From Phycisphaerales bacterium (lineage in GTDB: Bacteria; Planctomycetota; Phycisphaerae; WQYP01), in the NCBI GenBank assembly GCA_027451365.1, contig DAIDJN010000086.1, positions 1-40,361 of the forward strand: a DNA stretch of 40,361 nucleotides, in the 5' to 3' direction. Below the pieces are notes generated by a model. It did no database searches, was not told the DNA's origin, and saw only the letters and a list, made by a program, of their open reading frames with translations. The position numbers and the translations under genes were made by a program. Below are positions 36,122 to 40,361 of this stretch, one piece after another (the stretch's first letter is position 1; every line of letters starts with the position of its first letter).

Positions 36122-37719
36122 GCGCTGCGGGTTCATCGCCGATAACCGCTGGCTTTCCTCCGGCCAAAAGAGTGATCAGTCCGTGGCTGATTGCGCCCCT
36201 GGTGGCTATGGCCGCATTCATGGAGGTGCTGGACACCACCATCGCCAATGTGGCATTGCCCCATATTGCCGGAGCTATGGCCGTGACGGTCGATGAAAGC
36301 ACCTGGGTATTGACCAGCTATCTGGTGGCCAATGCCATTGTGCTGCCGCTGAATGGCTTTTTTTCGGCCGTATTTGGCCGCAAAAAATATTTTATGGGTT
36401 GCATGGCAGTCTTCACAATCAGTTCGCTGATGGTGGGACTGGCACCGAGTTTTCCCATTCTTTTGATTTGCCGGGTTCTTCAAGGCTTGGGCGGGGGCGG
36501 TTTGCAGCCAGGAACCCAGGCGATTTTGCGCGATTCGTTTCCGCGTGAAAAAATCGGTGCCGCCATGGCGGTCTATGGCATTGTGGTGGTGGTCGGGCCG
36601 GTGCTTGGGCCACTTCTTGGGGGATGGATTACCGATAATTATTCCTGGCGGTGGTGTTTTCTTATTAATGTCCCCATTGGCATCGTGACACTGCTGGCGC
36701 TGCTGGTGCTGTTACGTGACCCACCGACGCAACGGCGCGTTAAAATCAGTGAAACGGGCGTGGATTACATCGGCCTGGGGCTGGTCACCCTGGGACTGGC
36801 CTGTCTGCAGATCATGATGGATCGTGGCCAGGATGCCGACTGGTTTTCTTCGCCGACCATTCGCCTGCTCGCCTTTCTGGCGTTTTTCGGTCTGGTCGTG
36901 GGATTCATCTGGGAATGGTATGAACCGCATCCGATTATCAACTTCCGTTTGTTGAAGGATAACAACTTTGGCCTGGCGACACTGGGTATGTTCATTTTTG
37001 GCGGCATTCTTTATTCCACCACGACATTGCTTCCGCTGATGGTTCAAACACTCATGGGCTACGATGCCAGGCAGGCCGGCATGGTCCTGGCCCCCGGCGG
37101 AATGGTGGTATTCTGCCTGATGCCGCTGGTCGGATTCCTGGTGCCCCGGGTGCCGACGCGATGGCTGATTACCTTCGGTATTCTGGTGAATGTGGCGGCC
37201 CTTATGCTGATGGGGGGGCTGAATCTTTCCGCCGATTTTGCCACATTGGCCTGGTGCCGCGCCGTACAGGGGCTGGGGCTGGCATTTCTGTTCGTGCCGT
37301 TTAACACCGCGGCGTTCGCCTTTGTGCCACGGGATCGCATTTCCGATGCTTCCGGCATTTTGAACCTGGCTCGCAATATCGGGGGAAGTGTGGGCATATC
37401 CGCCGCAACCGCTTTTGTGGCCAACACCGCACAACGGCATCAGAATTTTCTGGTTGAAAATGTGACGCGATCAAATCCGATCTATCTGCGGGCTTTGCAT
37501 CGATTATCCGGCCTGCTGGAGCGTGCGGGCCTTTCCGCCGGCCATGCGGTTAAAACCGCCGAAGCGGTCCTGTATAACAATCTGCATGGACAGGCGTCCA
37601 TGCTTGGATATGTGGATGCATTTCATGACCTGGCGATCACGTTTTTACTGGTCATACCGGTGGCCATGCTGCTGCGTACACCGAGTTTTAAGAAGGCCGC
37701 TCCGGCGGTTCTGGAGTAA
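36118..37719 (+). CDS. DHA2 / EmrB-QacA family MFS efflux permease
   Basis: FMEVLDTTIANVALPHI, WVLTSYL, GP.LGGWITDNYSWRW.F.INVPIG, RNIGGS.G. Confidence 0.93.
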   Translation: MSAAGSSPITAGFPPAKRVISPWLIAPLVAMAAFMEVLDTTIANVALPHIAGAMAVTVDESTWVLTSYLVANAIVLPLNGFFSAVFGRKKYFMGCMAVFTISSLMVGLAPSFPILLICRVLQGLGGGGLQPGTQAILRDSFPREKIGAAMAVYGIVVVVGPVLGPLLGGWITDNYSWRWCFLINVPIGIVTLLALLVLLRDPPTQRRVKISETGVDYIGLGLVTLGLACLQIMMDRGQDADWFSSPTIRLLAFLAFFGLVVGFIWEWYEPHPIINFRLLKDNNFGLATLGMFIFGGILYSTTTLLPLMVQTLMGYDARQAGMVLAPGGMVVFCLMPLVGFLVPRVPTRWLITFGILVNVAALMLMGGLNLSADFATLAWCRAVQGLGLAFLFVPFNTAAFAFVPRDRISDASGILNLARNIGGSVGISAATAFVANTAQRHQNFLVENVTRSNPIYLRALHRLSGLLERAGLSAGHAVKTAEAVLYNNLHGQASMLGYVDAFHDLAITFLLVIPVAMLLRTPSFKKAAPAVLE

Positions 37720-37799
37720 ACGTTATGTTTTTATTAAAAAAGACCGGCGTATCGCCTATAATCCTTAAACCGCGTCCGAGGGCAAGGAAGGAGTCGTTT

Positions 37800-39230
37800 A
37801 TGTTTTGGAATATGAACAAAGTCCGATTGATCGTCGCACCGGCGCGTTTCGCTTTGGCCGTCGCGGTTATTCCCGGTCTGTTGGCGGGGTGTGTGAATCA
37901 GCAAAAGGAAATTGCGCATTATGACCGTGTGCTGCATGCGCATCCTGCCACCAGCGCAGCGCCGCTGGCCGTTGGGCATACACTTACACTTTCCAAAGCG
38001 CTGGCTATGGCCAACAGCAACAATGAACGTCTCGCGATCGGCGGAGAGGACTATCTCCAATCCCTGATTGCCCACGACCGGGCCTATGCCACCTTTATGC
38101 CCACCGTGGGACTTGCCCCTCAGGACTTTCAGCGGCAGGGCTTTAATGAATCTGGCTTTCCCGGATTGGGTAATGTTTTTCAGACGCATTATTTTGATGT
38201 GCCGTTGCAGGCTCAGCTGAATATGAACGTCCTGCGTGATGCCCGGGCTATTCAAGCCGCGGGGGCCTACGCCAGTCAGCAGAAATCCCTGCTGCTGGAT
38301 ATGCAGTCGAACCTTCTTCTGGAGGTTGCGCAAACCTATTATCAGGTACTTAGCGATCAGCGATCGGTAAAAGTTCTGCGGCGCACCCTGCGCGTCGAAC
38401 AGGCCAATGTGGCATCCATGACACGCAAGGAAAAGGCGGGGGTGGCGCTGCGCCTTTCTGTGTACCAATCCCAGGCGGATGAGGCTTCCACGCGTGTACA
38501 GTTGACCCAGTCTCTGGAACGTGTAAACAATGGTCGGGCCACGCTGGCCTATCTGATCGGTGCGCCAAGTCTGGCAGGCGCGGTTCTGGTCAACCGGTTT
38601 AATCCCCCGAAATCGATTCCCAGCTTGGCTTCTTTGGACCATATTGCGCTCCAGCAGCGGCAGGACCTGCGGGCGGCCTCCGCGGCGGAACTGGTCGCAA
38701 AAAAGGGTGTTTCGGCTGCGGTGGCTGAATATTTTCCAACCATATCCGCCAATTTCAACACTTTTTTATATAAAGAAAGTTTTCCCAGCGACAGTTGGTG
38801 GAGCGGTCTGTTCAGTGCCAATTTCCCGATTTTTGAAGGCGGCATGATCTATCAGGATATCCGCAAGTCATATTCCGTACTGCGGCAGGCGGCCCTGCGG
38901 CGTCAAATGCTGGCCCGGCAGATTCTTGAGGAAGTGCGCATCGCCCGGCAGAACTGGATTACCAGCAACAGCCTTGTGCGCAATCTGTTCACCGAGTGGC
39001 GATCTGCTCAGGCGGCGTATGTGCAGGCCCGGCATTCTTACGGTGCCGGGTTGGCGACCAGTTTGGATGTGATAACCGCCCAGGACCGGGCGCTTTCAGC
39101 CCGTCTTGGCTATGAACAGGCTCGTTACACACTGCGCGTGAATATGCTGAATCTTCTGCGCGTGACCGGACGGCTGACCTGGCCGGCGGTGCACGAGTTG
39201 GCCATGGCCGAGGGTGTTGCCAAACATTGA
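37800..39230 (+). CDS. TolC-family outer-membrane efflux lipoprotein
   Basis: SD AAGGAG; lipobox LLAGC; LTL..AL..A..NN, VAQTYY, P(IF)EGG, Y.AGL.T.LDV..AQ. Confidence 0.88.
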   Translation: MFWNMNKVRLIVAPARFALAVAVIPGLLAGCVNQQKEIAHYDRVLHAHPATSAAPLAVGHTLTLSKALAMANSNNERLAIGGEDYLQSLIAHDRAYATFMPTVGLAPQDFQRQGFNESGFPGLGNVFQTHYFDVPLQAQLNMNVLRDARAIQAAGAYASQQKSLLLDMQSNLLLEVAQTYYQVLSDQRSVKVLRRTLRVEQANVASMTRKEKAGVALRLSVYQSQADEASTRVQLTQSLERVNNGRATLAYLIGAPSLAGAVLVNRFNPPKSIPSLASLDHIALQQRQDLRAASAAELVAKKGVSAAVAEYFPTISANFNTFLYKESFPSDSWWSGLFSANFPIFEGGMIYQDIRKSYSVLRQAALRRQMLARQILEEVRIARQNWITSNSLVRNLFTEWRSAQAAYVQARHSYGAGLATSLDVITAQDRALSARLGYEQARYTLRVNMLNLLRVTGRLTWPAVHELAMAEGVAKH

Positions 39231-39462
39231 ACCAAAGCGGCCTGATACACGTCATGGGTCAAAAGCCAGACGGTGCACAACCCGGACAGAAGGTATTCTG
39301 GCCATCATTTGATTGTTCCGATTGATAAGTCCGATTGGCACCTCGGTCGTGATTAAAGATCGACGACTGGCCGTCGGGATGAACTTTCCATTAATGAATC
39401 AACACATATGCATAATATAAAAACATTTGCGGGCTGGTGGCGTCATAAATAGCGGCCTGACG

Positions 39463-39990
39463 CTAAGCCCGGTTGGGCCTCTTTTTTAAGTGCTTTCGCC
39501 AAATTGCCCGGCACTCCGCTTCGGTAAGCATGCCCTGCCGGATCAGCGCTAAAGCGATGGCTGTCGCTACTTTCCTGTGGGCGGTCAGCAGTTCCAGCGC
39601 GCGGAGCCTCAGGTCGCGGCCGAGGGCTATTTGCTCGGCTTTGCCTTGGGCCAGCTTTGCCAGCAGCACGAGCATCATGTTGGCATCGTGACTTCGGGCC
39701 AGCAAGGCGGTCTTCATGCTTTGACGATTTATCGACGCTTCCGCCAATATGCCGCACCAGATAATAATAATTTCCCGCCGCAGGTTTCGTTCTACGCGGA
39801 CCTTGCTGCCCTTACCGCCCGGAACAAGCCGGGGATGTTGTCCGCAAAGCGTTTGGCCTGTTCCGTTACGGGCGCTAATGCGCACCAGCCGCAGCCGCCG
39901 CCGAAGCGCCAGGCAGGCAGTGGCATGGCCCGCTTCATGTAGCGCCGCTGGAATGCTTTTAAGGCCGTCAATGTGTTCCTGGTTCGCCAT
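39463..39990 (-). CDS. Stand-alone HEXXH zinc-metalloprotease-like protein (M41/FtsH protease-domain-like)
   Basis: AALHEAGHA, CGILAE, SHD and A.ELL..H...A.AL..QG.L resemble the FtsH M41 domain. No AAA+ or TM domain. Confidence 0.6.
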   Translation of the reverse strand: MANQEHIDGLKSIPAALHEAGHATACLALRRRLRLVRISARNGTGQTLCGQHPRLVPGGKGSKVRVERNLRREIIIIWCGILAEASINRQSMKTALLARSHDANMMLVLLAKLAQGKAEQIALGRDLRLRALELLTAHRKVATAIALALIRQGMLTEAECRAIWRKHLKKRPNRA

Positions 39991-40114
39991 ATGCGTTCCC
40001 TGCCATTCTGCCTTTTTATGGTATCACCGGAGCGGGGCGCGAAAGCCTGTTGTATGAAGCCCACAGGCCGATACGGCACCATAACTGCCCCGACGTAGCG
40101 CGCCAAGTGCGGGG

Positions 40115-40361
40115 TTGGAGTTTCCCCACTTTCAAGTAAAGCGCGTAAAACCTCCGATGCAGTAGTTAGGTACAAAGACAAACTGCAAGGAGGCTTTTTA
40201 TGGACGCAAAGGACGCTTTTCATTGTACATCGGCATTATTGCGAGATTATCTTGAGCGTTTTGACATGTGTACCAGTCGCGGTCCATTACGGGCGCTGGG
40301 CAACTTAGTCTCAGGAATTCTTTGGACCGGCTCTGTGCAATTGACCAATGCCGCACGATTG
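40115..40361 (+). mobile_element. Probable left end of an IS (IS4-family-like), truncated by the window edge
   Basis: Candidate end TTGGAGTTTCCCCACTTT at 40115-40132, followed by a transposase-like ORF start. The partner end is not visible. Confidence 0.4.
40200..40361 (+). CDS. N-terminus (54 aa, open at the edge) of a probable transposase
   Basis: AAGGAGG at 40187-40193, ATG at 40200. MDAKDAF..LRALGNLVSGILWTGSVQLTNAARL resembles the GI...SV.L..IAR N-terminal pattern of IS4-type DDE transposases. Not in the ORF track. Confidence 0.5.
   Translation, partial: MDAKDAFHCTSALLRDYLERFDMCTSRGPLRALGNLVSGILWTGSVQLTNAARL

Noticed and set aside
37734..38642. 302-aa minus-strand ORF (likewise 36712-37440 and 30710-31369)
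   Set aside because: Antisense shadows of well-supported genes in GC-rich DNA.
39236..39460. 10-bp direct repeat AGCGGCCTGA flanking an AT-richer 205-bp segment as a TSD
   Set aside because: No terminal inverted repeats or ORF inside; may be chance.
39792..40223. 143-aa minus-strand ORF
   Set aside because: It overlaps the HEXXH gene out of frame and the SD-supported plus-strand ORF at 40200, and has no motifs.

Overview
This is a 40.4-kb segment of a bacterial chromosome. It is most likely from a Planctomycetota (Phycisphaerae-like) organism, inferred from a PEP-CTERM protein, a prepilin/H-X9-DG (DUF1559-like) protein, a XylR-type regulator and a planctomycete-type CX4CH domain. Most genes are housekeeping, envelope or carbohydrate related: oppA-oppB, bcp, a GT4, a GDP-mannose 3,5-epimerase-like enzyme, a GH53/PEP-CTERM/prepilin/XylR module, a DevBCA-like ABC exporter coupled to a GT87, GH32, valS, cimA, an M20/M42-type peptidase, pdhC, a GT2, a dienelactone hydrolase, an old yellow enzyme, a TetR-EmrAB-TolC efflux operon and a stand-alone HEXXH protein. 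A probable IS transposase is cut off by the right edge. I found no CRISPR array, rRNA or tRNA. The best candidates for a second look are: (1) an unannotated Val/Ile/Leu-rich leader peptide upstream of cimA-valS, suggesting attenuation; (2) a 229-bp MITE with 23-bp TIRs and a perfect 8-bp target duplication that carries a REP doublet, plus a second, tandemly amplified relative; (3) a XylR-prepilin-PEP-CTERM-GH53 polysaccharide-utilisation-like module; (4) a small Sm/Hfq-like protein; and (5) a ValRS with PMKKS in place of KMSKS. All assignments are from motif recognition by eye; no searches were run.
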